Positions 9,701-18,508 of a stretch of DNA of 64,000 nt are shown piece by piece. Source of the DNA: a virus; the IMG/VR virus record IMGVR_UViG_3300037805_000894; one strand, 5' to 3'. The number at the start of each line of letters is the position of its first letter. The first letter of the stretch is position 1. The notes beneath the pieces were generated by a model, which saw only the letters and a program-made list of their open reading frames with translations, ran no database searches and was not told the DNA's origin. The position numbers and the translations under genes are program-made.

Positions 9701-10984
9701 ATTATTGCTTCCGCAATCGATACTACTTCAGTAAAGCTACAATCTAATTTTCTTGCTCCTGATGGCTCTATCGAGAGGGGCTCAAAAACGCGCATATCTT
9801 TAAACGCTTTTTCAGACTATGTTTATGTAAGCGAGTTAGAGGCACTACCCGAAGGAAATATTGTAGCGGAAAATCATGTACACCCTACGGGATCTAGTTC
9901 ATATTTCCTAGAAAAAACAGGAGCGGCTATGAGGGAACTTCAAGCTTATGGTAAAAGTATAGCTAGCAATGGCTCTTTTTACTGCGGAACTGAGCGTAAT
10001 AATATGAAGGTGGGGCAATATGGGCAGGGAGAAAATGAACATCACAATATGCACCCTAATGCACTATTCCTACATAATTTTAGAATAGGCGCAGCGGAAA
10101 GTACTAAGCGAGAGAACTGGCTATCTCAGTATGTAATTCCTTACTCAACAAGAACTAATGTCTTACCGCATACACAGAAATCAGCTCCCCGAGCTTTCGG
10201 AACTATGGATACATGGTTTCGGGGAGCCTTAGTGAGGTTAGAGACAGAATTAGGTCAGCTGCCTCCTGAGCTGCAAAACGAAGACTCTATTGATAAGATG
10301 TCTCTCCAGTTCATGGCGTACGCGCAGCTATATTTTTTAATCTACGAAGCAGCTCCTCCGAGTGTCTTTCTATGCTGGGATGAGTATAATGATATATTAA
10401 GGGATAATACGATAACATATGAAGGACGCCTTATGGGAGACCCACGTTTTGACTCCTATCCGGGAAGCCCTTCGCTAGAGGCTAAAGGAGAACAGCTGCA
10501 GGCCTTTTTTAGAACACTAGTAGACATTTTCAAGGCCTACAGAAAAGAACTTCATACAAGCTTCACAATGAGCGGCAATCCTACTAAAGATTTCTGCACT
10601 TCCCCTAACGATTTTAACTACTGGTTTCAAGGACAAGACAATACTTATAGCCAGCGCTTAAGATCTTTGAGTGAATTAGGCCTTACTAATGTTATAGGCG
10701 CTTTTAGGAAGATAGAGGATGGCACCAATACTCTCACTGACAATGCAGGCTTGATCTTCGTAGGGAATTATTCTTTCGATGATAACCCAGAGGTAAATTT
10801 AAAGCTAGATTTAAAGCGATATTTACACATTACGGATGAAAACGCCTCCTTTAGTTTAACGGAGTATGATAAGGATAAAAATCAAATAGGTGAAAGTGAA
10901 ATTATCCAAGGGCTAGTTCCTTATATAAAGACTATATCAGTAGACTCCTTTGAGATAAGAATCTTTAAAGTACATAAAATTTAA
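6755..10984 (+). CDS. Head-tail adaptor-like domain fused to a ~1250-aa glycoside-hydrolase-like (DUF6259-like) region, paralog A
   Basis: N-terminal ~145 aa is helical with a beta-hairpin (RNRLNYNAGGVQVNVSDK) at the adaptor gene position, then a P/G linker. Body motifs SIRFP, YPG..TMQAWFD...G...DP, FEGD..EAA.IFR and HVHPTG recall DUF6259-type proteins. Confidence 0.55.
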   Translation: MKRSEFVQFMRRHMQDTPEANALLSGHELTDASIESCIRMAEMEYNMTPPVITGFTIENHPAVGLLIYGTMIEMLMSAGILNSRNRLNYNAGGVQVNVSDKAGEYSNWISLLLNRYNQLKLQHKQALNMNRAYGSVGSEYGNAFNYGDLTTGVGVAPWPGDKPGSSGGTEPAPEEGVETYLLANDTYEWSFSKQLGVDGVGPYLQFDHVLNKETGHKVDMSASPIWQMDLKLDLTDNENPTTYAIPFSLHASGNGELVYAPEPLKFTDGQDYVSVDSSEPGKLVLKWTKFTYDSIKQPKIYEGAKGGLFTVEVLVELEKGVLEMSVRTDITVDEAGLSCPTALQSIRFPYLSMPNFSGKSHAYTTTTGGELVIEPVRANIFVGDTDMSDRTAGGSGLYPGDTATTMQAWFDEDNKYGVLGYDLDPYDSVRNIINTSVKANDNWFTYNRLWCQLEGDDFRPVHRRRGAYTRSWNTATNFFTDINGNPYGFKHKCVLFEGDETEAAYIFRKDYIETFNIPTVYDNQDIPEDHKESPLSLWLIDNAIDNKAENSTLTYGTGCDMYDVVSGSVNYFRAESLELHDPIEINVLSLTTNGWMTPTAETYPCGAFFGASNQVGYLTEAENIAEGYERPMVDRMRKGIVPFLQGLHDDASLGEIAVAGNQDTGRIVENTIYSSTNWGGAGNSPVPFHFSDAANEYPRRNLSRINVNHSIYDYSGLVTHKKDNQSRGCAGSAWLADMYIREAKVIIDAFEGTVNYIKFTGSSSHPVRCIAPLLKDTEIGTPKVCVGVLNNASIVKKQTSLWINDIELKAGVAWAAGATERATAENIKEAIIEAGFYAYTEDVPAIGQIIIELDLYDKVKLTLPAFTADRTLRALNLSHTPLKALYNSKYPSQNIYCENGVVLTFDHPMYEAPPLGRLTIHGVESPLLTQINAQPDKWREFSFGYADLEPLDETITWHTDKTINASSFVSAINTVDAVSSTAIIASAIDTTSVKLQSNFLAPDGSIERGSKTRISLNAFSDYVYVSELEALPEGNIVAENHVHPTGSSSYFLEKTGAAMRELQAYGKSIASNGSFYCGTERNNMKVGQYGQGENEHHNMHPNALFLHNFRIGAAESTKRENWLSQYVIPYSTRTNVLPHTQKSAPRAFGTMDTWFRGALVRLETELGQLPPELQNEDSIDKMSLQFMAYAQLYFLIYEAAPPSVFLCWDEYNDILRDNTITYEGRLMGDPRFDSYPGSPSLEAKGEQLQAFFRTLVDIFKAYRKELHTSFTMSGNPTKDFCTSPNDFNYWFQGQDNTYSQRLRSLSELGLTNVIGAFRKIEDGTNTLTDNAGLIFVGNYSFDDNPEVNLKLDLKRYLHITDENASFSLTEYDKDKNQIGESEIIQGLVPYIKTISVDSFEIRIFKVHKI

Positions 10985-11031
10985 GTGTAGTTAGTTGTTA
11001 AAACATAATAAAAGAATACAATTAGTTTATT

Positions 11032-14000
11032 ATGGATAAGACAGCATGGCTAGCTTTAATAAACACGTATATAGATAATGATGCTATATTGAAGGACCTT
11101 TTACAGGATAAAAACCCAAGCGACGATGCTATTGATGTCTGTATAAAGAAAGCTAAGAAAGCTTATATAATTTTAAATCCTCTTGTTGCTGGTAATAGCG
11201 AGGAGAACGCTGGTACAGGTTTAATAATATACAGAGCCCTTATAGAACTTTTACAGGTTGAGTCTTTTATTGAAAAAGACGAAGAGGATAGATTCATTAC
11301 AAGCACCTCGTTAGAAGAGCGAGCAAGTGCAGGATGGGTTGATACTTTAATCTATCGTTACTATAAGATGCAAGAACAGCATAGTAGACAAATAAACATT
11401 GTGGCTACAACAGGTCGCGTTGGTAGTGAATATGGATCATATTTGGATTTTAATAATAAGGCAGGCTTTTCTAGAAGTGCTACCCATACAGCCGTATCAT
11501 TAGGCACTATACATAGCGGAGGGGTGGATAAAAGTACACATATCTACATACTGAGTAACTCTAAATTCAAGTGGGTTTTTTCAAAACAAGCCGCAGCTCA
11601 TGGAATAGGTCCTTATCTCCAATTTGATTATATACTAAATAAAGAGACCGGACATGAGATAGACATGTCAGCATCGCCCATATGGCAAATGGACTTAAAG
11701 TTAAATCTAGCTTTAACTGCTATGGCTACTAAGATAGCTATCCCTTATTCAACTTATGAGGATCATACAGGTATTCTTACAGAAGCAGCAGCTCCTTTAA
11801 AATTTACAGACGGACAAGATTACGTTTCTATAGATGATAGTCAAAACGATAAGCTTATTTTAAAATGGACGGATTTTACATACGCTTCTATAGCTGATGC
11901 GGTTAATGCATACGACACTAAACCACCTGGAGGCCTCTTTACGGTTGAAGTAACAGTTGAAATAAACGATGACGCTCTAGATATGTCGCTAAAGAGTGAG
12001 ATTAATGTAGATGGCAACAACAAGGATTGTTTTTCTACTTTACAGAGTATCAGGTTTCCTTACTTGCAGGTGCCAGAGCTAGGCCCTTCCCCCAGAGCAT
12101 ATACAGCCTTCGCTGGTGGTGAGATTCTCCTGGATCCTATAGGAAATTTTATGTATCTTACTGACCCAGAGAGTACGGGTAGAAATAAAGCTGGTTCCCA
12201 GTTCCCAGGGGATCAGGCTGTATCTTTACAGTCATGGTATGATGACACGAATAAATTTGGCATCATGTTATATAATTTAGATCCTAAACACGCTTTAAAA
12301 AGGATAATAAGTACTAATGTAAAAGACTCACCTAAATGGATTATGTATGAGCGTTCTTTTTGTAATCTAGATGAGGAGGATTTTAGGACTGGAAGAAGAC
12401 GCAATTTATATACTAAATCCTTCGATACCGCTGTAAATTTTTACACAGATAGCACTGGCGCTACTTATGGGTTTAAACATAAATTACAACTCTTTGAAGG
12501 AGATGAAGTAGAATCATGCCTAATATATAGAACTAAAATATATAATGCTCTTTCTTTAGTAACTCCTTATAGTAATCCAGCAACACCTGATGCGAGCAAG
12601 GAGATACCTTTATCTGTTTGGATCATAGACGACCCAACTGATAACACTGAGGCAAATGAGGTTCTCTATGCTTCTTCAGATACTTTATACACAGTTTTAA
12701 ATAATGTGATTAACTATTACAGAGGAGGTTCGTTAGAGCTAACAGATCCTATAGAAGTAGCTCCCTTAACGTGTGCAGTAAGTCCCTGGTCAGTACCCAC
12801 CAATGAGTCTCTGCCAGCGGTGGCTTTTGTTGGTGCGACGGGTCAAATAGGATATGCCACAGAAGCAGAAAACCTAGCTAATGGGATCCCAAACCCTTTA
12901 TTGGATAGAGTAAGGAAAGGCTTAGTGCAATTTTTAAAAGACATGCACGCTGATACTACGTTAGGTCATATACACATAGTAAGCAACCAAGATACGGGAC
13001 GTATTGTAGAAAACACTGTAGTAAGTAAGGACATACTTGGCGATTCCACTCACCCCGATCCGTATAGACCCGCAAGATGGTCTAACGAATATCCATTAAG
13101 AACTTTAGATAATTTATATGTATATGCGTCGATTTATGATAAGAATGGCACTTTAACAAAAAAAGGTAATTCTCAGAGTAGTGTGTGTCCAGGTTCTCTG
13201 TGGATAGATGAATATATTAGAGAAGCTAAAGTAATTATCGATGTTTTTGAAGGCACTATGAACTATATAAAATTAACAGGAGCTAGTTCAGCATTAATAG
13301 ACTGCTTTGCTCCTGCTATAGAAGGTGTTTTTGCTAATGTAAGTAAAGTTGTTCTAGGTGTATTACATAATTATTGTCTTAAAGATGCTTTGACTAGTCT
13401 TCAAATAAAAGATACAATCTTAACCGCTGGAACAGAATGGTTTATTGGAACGACTGAAGGTGAAACAGCAGAAAGTTTAAAAGAGGCTGTGCTAAATGCT
13501 GGATATTTTGCATTTATTGATACCGCAACTATAGATGTACCACAAGTTATAATAGAGTTAGAGTATGGGGATATAGTAAAATTGACACTTCCCCCTTTAA
13601 CAATATCCGAAAATTACAGAGGTTTATTATTAAGCAATCAGATAAGTGAAACCAGTTATGGTCTAAGCAGCGACTATTTAAAACAAGCTGTATATTGTGA
13701 AAAAAACGTAACACTTACTTTTGATCATCCAGATGATATTCCTAGTCCAAGAGGTACTATGACTATAAATGGTATCCAAAGCGCTAATACATCTATATCC
13801 GATATTAATAATCAACCAGATAAATGGAGACCCTATAAGTTTAGTTATAAAACTGTAGATGGGTCTACACTAATATGGCAGGACACAAAGGCTTTAAACG
13901 CCATGCAGCTGGCTAACGAGCTTAATACATTAGATGTAGTATCAAGTACAGCTATACAGGCTTCTGCTAGCGGTGAAAAAGTTTTATTACAATCTAATTT

Positions 14001-15204
14001 TATTGATAATGCAGAAATAGTACATGGTTCTAAAACACGCATAGATATAGAATGTTTTGAAGATCGTGCATATATCAGTGAATTAGAGGCTCTTCCAGAG
14101 AAGAGAAGACCGCACCCTGGTACACATACTCATCCTATTGGATCTAGCTCTTTCTCAGGTGAAGCTATAAAAGCAGCTCAGACAGAGATACAACTATATG
14201 GACAAGCAGCGGCCCTAAATGGCAGTTTTTATTCAGGAACTGAGCGCAATAATATGCTTACCTCTATTTTTGGTCAAGGAGAGAATGAGCATCATAATAT
14301 GTATCCTATAGTAGATGCCGTACACTTTATAAGGTCTTTAGAGACGGACAGAGCACACTGGATAAATACGCTAGTAGTTCCTTATTCTTCTCGTTGTAAC
14401 ATATTGGCTCATGTACAGAAGGGCGCTCCTAGATCCTATGGGACTTTTTATGCTAGGTTTCTTACCGCATTAGTTAAATACACGAATGAAGTAGGAGTAG
14501 CGAATTTACCAACAGAATTAACGGATGATGCGGCCATGAAACGCATGACAGTTACTTACATGACTTATGCGCAGCTGTTCTTCCTTACCTTTGATGCAGC
14601 ACCTCCCACAGTATATCATTGCGCTGATACACTTAATGATGCTATAAAAGGACGTATATATGAAGGAAGGCTAGACGGAGATCCCGAATACGACGCTTAT
14701 CCAGGTTCATTAGGACTACATGCTGATGCTATATCTTTCCAAGCTTTTATAAGATTACTAGCTGAATACTACAAAGCTTATAGAGAAGAATTGCAAACGA
14801 GTTTTGATATAGGAGGAAATCCTTTAAAAGGTTTTATAACCACCCCCTATGAGTTGATTCAGTGGTTTGCTGTTAGAGATAACCATTATGGGTTTAATTT
14901 AAAAAGCGCTTCTGCTTTTGGTTTATCTAATATTCTGGGTAGTTTCCGTTTAAATGACAATAAAGAAGGTTTAATTATAGTAGGAAATTACTCTTTTATT
15001 GATAATCCGGACGTTAATATTAACATTAATTTTAAGAAGCACATGCAAGAGGATGATATAACATCAGCTTTTACTATTACAGAATATGATAAAGAAAAAG
15101 TGCAGGTTGGGTTAGGGGAGATACAAGACTGGACAGAGGAATACACAAAAAATATCTCATTGGATGCTTTATCAATTCGTATTTTTAAAGTAGTTAAAAT
15201 ATGA
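11032..15204 (+). CDS. Paralog B of the adaptor/GH-like fusion protein
   Basis: Colinear with paralog A over its full length (GPYLQFD, DMSASPIWQMDLKL, NQDTGRIVEN, YIREAKVIID, GTERNNM, GQGENEHHNM). The N-terminal adaptor-like domain is more diverged. Confidence 0.6.
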   Translation: MDKTAWLALINTYIDNDAILKDLLQDKNPSDDAIDVCIKKAKKAYIILNPLVAGNSEENAGTGLIIYRALIELLQVESFIEKDEEDRFITSTSLEERASAGWVDTLIYRYYKMQEQHSRQINIVATTGRVGSEYGSYLDFNNKAGFSRSATHTAVSLGTIHSGGVDKSTHIYILSNSKFKWVFSKQAAAHGIGPYLQFDYILNKETGHEIDMSASPIWQMDLKLNLALTAMATKIAIPYSTYEDHTGILTEAAAPLKFTDGQDYVSIDDSQNDKLILKWTDFTYASIADAVNAYDTKPPGGLFTVEVTVEINDDALDMSLKSEINVDGNNKDCFSTLQSIRFPYLQVPELGPSPRAYTAFAGGEILLDPIGNFMYLTDPESTGRNKAGSQFPGDQAVSLQSWYDDTNKFGIMLYNLDPKHALKRIISTNVKDSPKWIMYERSFCNLDEEDFRTGRRRNLYTKSFDTAVNFYTDSTGATYGFKHKLQLFEGDEVESCLIYRTKIYNALSLVTPYSNPATPDASKEIPLSVWIIDDPTDNTEANEVLYASSDTLYTVLNNVINYYRGGSLELTDPIEVAPLTCAVSPWSVPTNESLPAVAFVGATGQIGYATEAENLANGIPNPLLDRVRKGLVQFLKDMHADTTLGHIHIVSNQDTGRIVENTVVSKDILGDSTHPDPYRPARWSNEYPLRTLDNLYVYASIYDKNGTLTKKGNSQSSVCPGSLWIDEYIREAKVIIDVFEGTMNYIKLTGASSALIDCFAPAIEGVFANVSKVVLGVLHNYCLKDALTSLQIKDTILTAGTEWFIGTTEGETAESLKEAVLNAGYFAFIDTATIDVPQVIIELEYGDIVKLTLPPLTISENYRGLLLSNQISETSYGLSSDYLKQAVYCEKNVTLTFDHPDDIPSPRGTMTINGIQSANTSISDINNQPDKWRPYKFSYKTVDGSTLIWQDTKALNAMQLANELNTLDVVSSTAIQASASGEKVLLQSNFIDNAEIVHGSKTRIDIECFEDRAYISELEALPEKRRPHPGTHTHPIGSSSFSGEAIKAAQTEIQLYGQAAALNGSFYSGTERNNMLTSIFGQGENEHHNMYPIVDAVHFIRSLETDRAHWINTLVVPYSSRCNILAHVQKGAPRSYGTFYARFLTALVKYTNEVGVANLPTELTDDAAMKRMTVTYMTYAQLFFLTFDAAPPTVYHCADTLNDAIKGRIYEGRLDGDPEYDAYPGSLGLHADAISFQAFIRLLAEYYKAYREELQTSFDIGGNPLKGFITTPYELIQWFAVRDNHYGFNLKSASAFGLSNILGSFRLNDNKEGLIIVGNYSFIDNPDVNININFKKHMQEDDITSAFTITEYDKEKVQVGLGEIQDWTEEYTKNISLDALSIRIFKVVKI

Positions 15205-15218
15205 ACTTAAAGCAGTTT

Positions 15219-15246
15219 TTGCCTTATTACCACAACAAGGTAAAAT
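15219..15246 (+). promoter_or_regulatory. Candidate sigma70-type promoter
   Basis: TTGCCT-16 nt-TAAAAT in the intergenic gap before 15309. Confidence 0.4.
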
Positions 15247-15308
15247 TGTTATACAGATGACCGTTAAACATCTATAAATATTTAACCTAACGTTAACAAA
15301 ATAATACG

Positions 15309-15542
15309 ATGCACGAAAAGCTACAGAACTTTTTAGATTTACTTACTCCAGAGCAAATGGATAAATTTGCTACTGCATTAGAAGAAGTAGAGCGCGATAT
15401 GGCTTATACCCAAATAGCTATCGAAACAGACACATCGGTTGATACAGTGAAATCAGCCGAGCTACTTCAAGACTTAACAATGGAAGGCTTCTTTGACGGC
15501 CTTCAAGATATAGCTAACTCAGATATAGAGGAGCTTAACTAA
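15309..15542 (+). CDS. Small acidic inner-head-like protein
   Basis: LTPEQ, KFAT and KSAE motifs. EGFFDGL resembles LGFVDGL in 3346..3936. Confidence 0.5.
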   Translation: MHEKLQNFLDLLTPEQMDKFATALEEVERDMAYTQIAIETDTSVDTVKSAELLQDLTMEGFFDGLQDIANSDIEELN

Positions 15543-17287
15543 TGGATTACGAACAACTACTTTCAGAACTCACAGAGCAGGAGACTATTCTTCTTGCTGA
15601 ACTAATTGAAAAAGAAGCTACGCTCTCAGAGCTTATATCTGTCATCTCCGAAGAAGAGACCATGAACCTTTTTACTATGTTTGAAAATGAAACTGGTAAA
15701 GAAGCAAGCTCTTACGAAGAGGTCTTTTCACAGTTAACAGAAGAAGATATAGACATAATTCAGGAAAGAATAGCCGGGCTTGGGGAGCGTCTAATTCAAA
15801 GTGGACAAGACGGCGGCGGCTCACAGGTGAGGGGGGCTGGCTACGGCGCGGCGATGGGGGCAGCCGCTGGCATTGCTGCAGGGGCGCAGCTAGCTTTAAC
15901 GCAGAAACAAGGAGGAGTCGGAGCTGAGGCCTCTAGACGTCTAAAGAAAGTAATCCCTAGCCTGCGAGGTAAAAGTAAAGGTAAAGTAGGTGCAGTTATG
16001 GCAGCAGGGGCAATAGGTGCTGGTCTCATAGGAGGCTTAGGTGTTGGAGCTCCTATAGGAGCAGCATTCGGCTCGGTGAGAGGACTCTTAGCCAACAAAA
16101 AGCAACATGCAGCTAACATGCAGTCGAAGCAGAAAAAAGAGAAGAAAGCAAAACCTTTGATGGCTAAAGAAGCTGGTCAACAAAATGCCGCAGCACTAGG
16201 GGCGTTGGTTCCTATTTTATCAGGCCTAGGAGCAGAAAAAGGAAAAGGTTGGGCAACAACAATAGGCGCCATGCTTGGTGGGGTAGGAGGCCACCTTGCT
16301 GGCAACACTCTTGCCTACGCTGCTGCCAGTCCAAGAGCACAGAAACCGATTCGTATGTTACTTGGTATGGCAGGCGGAGCCGGAGGAGCCGCTCTAGGGC
16401 ATGGAAAAGATAAGAAGAAAGAAAACGCAGAAGAAAAAGAGAAGAAAGCGGAAGCTTTGGTACCCTTTGTCACCGAAGCAGAATTCAGCGATCTAGTTGA
16501 TATCTTCGAGAATGAAAACCAGAAGAGCGCAGAGAATTTTACGGACGTGTTCTCTATGCTTTCCGAAGAAGACGCTAATGTAATAGGTGATAGAATTTAT
16601 CAATATATGGAGGAGGAAGAGACTCACTCTGAGAAAATAGCGGAGCAATTAAACCCCCTTGCAGATTCCTTAACGGAAGAAATTTATGCAGAGATGCAGA
16701 AAGATGCGGGTTTTAAAGATACTCTAGTCGCAGGTTCACAAAAAGCGTTAAGTCATGTAGGTAGAAATGCAGGTGTTTATGGCTTAGGTGCTTTAGCAGG
16801 GTCTGGTTTCTGGAACCAACATCGCTTGAATAAAAAATCACGTAAAGTGCAAGAAAACCTCGCGCAAATGATAGCCGCAGAAACTACAGCAGATATTGCA
16901 ACAGATCAGGTTTTTGATAAGCGTGATCGTTTTATTATAGGCCGGCAGCAGAGGACAATGGGACAAGTTCAGGAAAACAGAGCCGCCGTCATAACCTTAG
17001 CAAATCTGTTGAAGAAGCAAGGCGTTACACCGGAAAAAGTAAAGAATGCTTCTATGGAAAAAGAGGCTTTTGGTGGTCTCGCCGCTAAAGCAATGAAAGG
17101 CCTCGGTAAAGCTAAAAAAGCTGTTACTTCAGCAGGCCAAGGTTCAGTGAAGACTTGGAAAGAAGCTACGCAAAAGGGTACTGTCACAGGTTATGCTAAA
17201 GCCTCTCGCACTCTCGCTCGCAAGCGTATAGCTAAAGGAGCTGGCTTTATGGCAGGAGGAGCAGCCGTTAAGACAGCTGTTAGTTAA
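15542..17287 (+). CDS. Putative inner-head/ejection polyprotein with alternating acidic and basic Gly-zipper segments
   Basis: Acidic repeats ending in KEA/KSA/KDA alternate with GxxxG-rich hydrophobic and basic stretches. Confidence 0.55.
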   Translation: MDYEQLLSELTEQETILLAELIEKEATLSELISVISEEETMNLFTMFENETGKEASSYEEVFSQLTEEDIDIIQERIAGLGERLIQSGQDGGGSQVRGAGYGAAMGAAAGIAAGAQLALTQKQGGVGAEASRRLKKVIPSLRGKSKGKVGAVMAAGAIGAGLIGGLGVGAPIGAAFGSVRGLLANKKQHAANMQSKQKKEKKAKPLMAKEAGQQNAAALGALVPILSGLGAEKGKGWATTIGAMLGGVGGHLAGNTLAYAAASPRAQKPIRMLLGMAGGAGGAALGHGKDKKKENAEEKEKKAEALVPFVTEAEFSDLVDIFENENQKSAENFTDVFSMLSEEDANVIGDRIYQYMEEEETHSEKIAEQLNPLADSLTEEIYAEMQKDAGFKDTLVAGSQKALSHVGRNAGVYGLGALAGSGFWNQHRLNKKSRKVQENLAQMIAAETTADIATDQVFDKRDRFIIGRQQRTMGQVQENRAAVITLANLLKKQGVTPEKVKNASMEKEAFGGLAAKAMKGLGKAKKAVTSAGQGSVKTWKEATQKGTVTGYAKASRTLARKRIAKGAGFMAGGAAVKTAVS

Positions 17288-17303
17288 TGAGGAGAAAAAT
17301 TGC

Positions 17304-18197
17304 TTGCTTATAGAAATCTCTGTACGGTGGCTCACAACGAAAACAGTAGCCTTAGAATGGAAGCTAAAAGGTTCTCTGACAGAAAATTCTTATTTAATAG
17401 TACAAAGATCCGATAGCCCCAAAGAAGGTTTTATAGATATATCAACTCCAGTTAATTTAACTGGAGTTGCTTCTTTTGTAGATATAGCTCCGCCAGGTAG
17501 TAGCGAGCTGAAGGTTTATTACTATCGGCTACAACTAAGAAATATACTAGATGATGAAGTGTTAAACACCTCAGCTATTATGCATCCTAGGCGCGATAGA
17601 CCTAAAATTGCACTAGAAATTGTTAGAAGAAACGATTTACTTTTAAAAAGGTTTGTTGGTTTAAGGGCTTATCTAATGACAAAAAGCACTTCCGGCTCTC
17701 GCTGTCCTTCGTGCTGGGATACTATAAAAGAAAGGCGCACCAAAAGCCATTGCTCTTCTTGCGGAGATACTGGATGGGATAAAGGGCTTTCTACACCTTT
17801 ACCTCTTTTTGTTTCATCTAGCGCCTCTTTAGAATCAAAAACGGTATCCGTTTTAGGTACGGATGAGAATATACAAAGACAATTGTGGACCACTAACTAT
17901 CCACTGATAAAGCCAGGGGATATTTTAGTTCTTGACGCCAAAGAAATTTATAGAGTAGAGACGGTTAACTTAACCAATTTTAGAGAGACGGTAGTTAGTC
18001 AACAATTAGGTGTTTCTTTAATGGAGAAGGACAGAGAATATAATAATATACCTTTGCCTGATTTCGATGAATTCTCTGCTTTAGATTTGATACATAGACA
18101 ATATGGGGGCATAAGCACAGGAGAACATTTTGACTATAAAGATATAGAACATAAGAATAAGAATTTTTCAATTTATAAAGAAGGAACAGAGCAATGA
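17304..18197 (+). CDS. Neck/head-closure protein with N-terminal FN3-like domain and Zn finger
   Basis: VALEW...YLIVQRSDS...FVD...YYYRL (FN3-like pattern) and CPSC...CSSCGDTG. Lies between head and sheath genes. GAGGAG RBS before the TTG start. Confidence 0.6.
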   Translation: MLIEISVRWLTTKTVALEWKLKGSLTENSYLIVQRSDSPKEGFIDISTPVNLTGVASFVDIAPPGSSELKVYYYRLQLRNILDDEVLNTSAIMHPRRDRPKIALEIVRRNDLLLKRFVGLRAYLMTKSTSGSRCPSCWDTIKERRTKSHCSSCGDTGWDKGLSTPLPLFVSSSASLESKTVSVLGTDENIQRQLWTTNYPLIKPGDILVLDAKEIYRVETVNLTNFRETVVSQQLGVSLMEKDREYNNIPLPDFDEFSALDLIHRQYGGISTGEHFDYKDIEHKNKNFSIYKEGTEQ

Positions 18198-18508
18198 AAA
18201 AAATAAAAATCGTAGATAAAGCTGAACCAGTCTTCAACTCAATAGATTTTGATAACATATTAACACATACTCTATCAGAAGAAGTCAATAAAGAGCTAAG
18301 CAAAACATATGGGGATAGGATTCATATTGAAGTAACAAAGCCGGGCGCTTTTTATATTGACATAGATCAAAAAGGAAGTCGTATAAAAATGGAGAAGCTA
18401 GAACAAGAAGTTTACCAGCTGCTTTTATCTATATATGGGGATGCGTATCAAAAAGCTAAAAGTAAATTAGCTATATTAGAAGGTGTAGGAGTAAGGAACG
18501 TTGAGTGA
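18194..18508 (+). CDS. Hypothetical neck-region protein
   Basis: ATGA-coupled to the upstream gene; assigned by position only. Confidence 0.45.
   Translation: MKKIKIVDKAEPVFNSIDFDNILTHTLSEEVNKELSKTYGDRIHIEVTKPGAFYIDIDQKGSRIKMEKLEQEVYQLLLSIYGDAYQKAKSKLAILEGVGVRNVE

Noticed and set aside
6755-15204. Diversity-generating retroelement template/variable repeat pair
   Set aside because: No reverse transcriptase in the window. Similarity spans whole genes and the differences are not confined to adenines.
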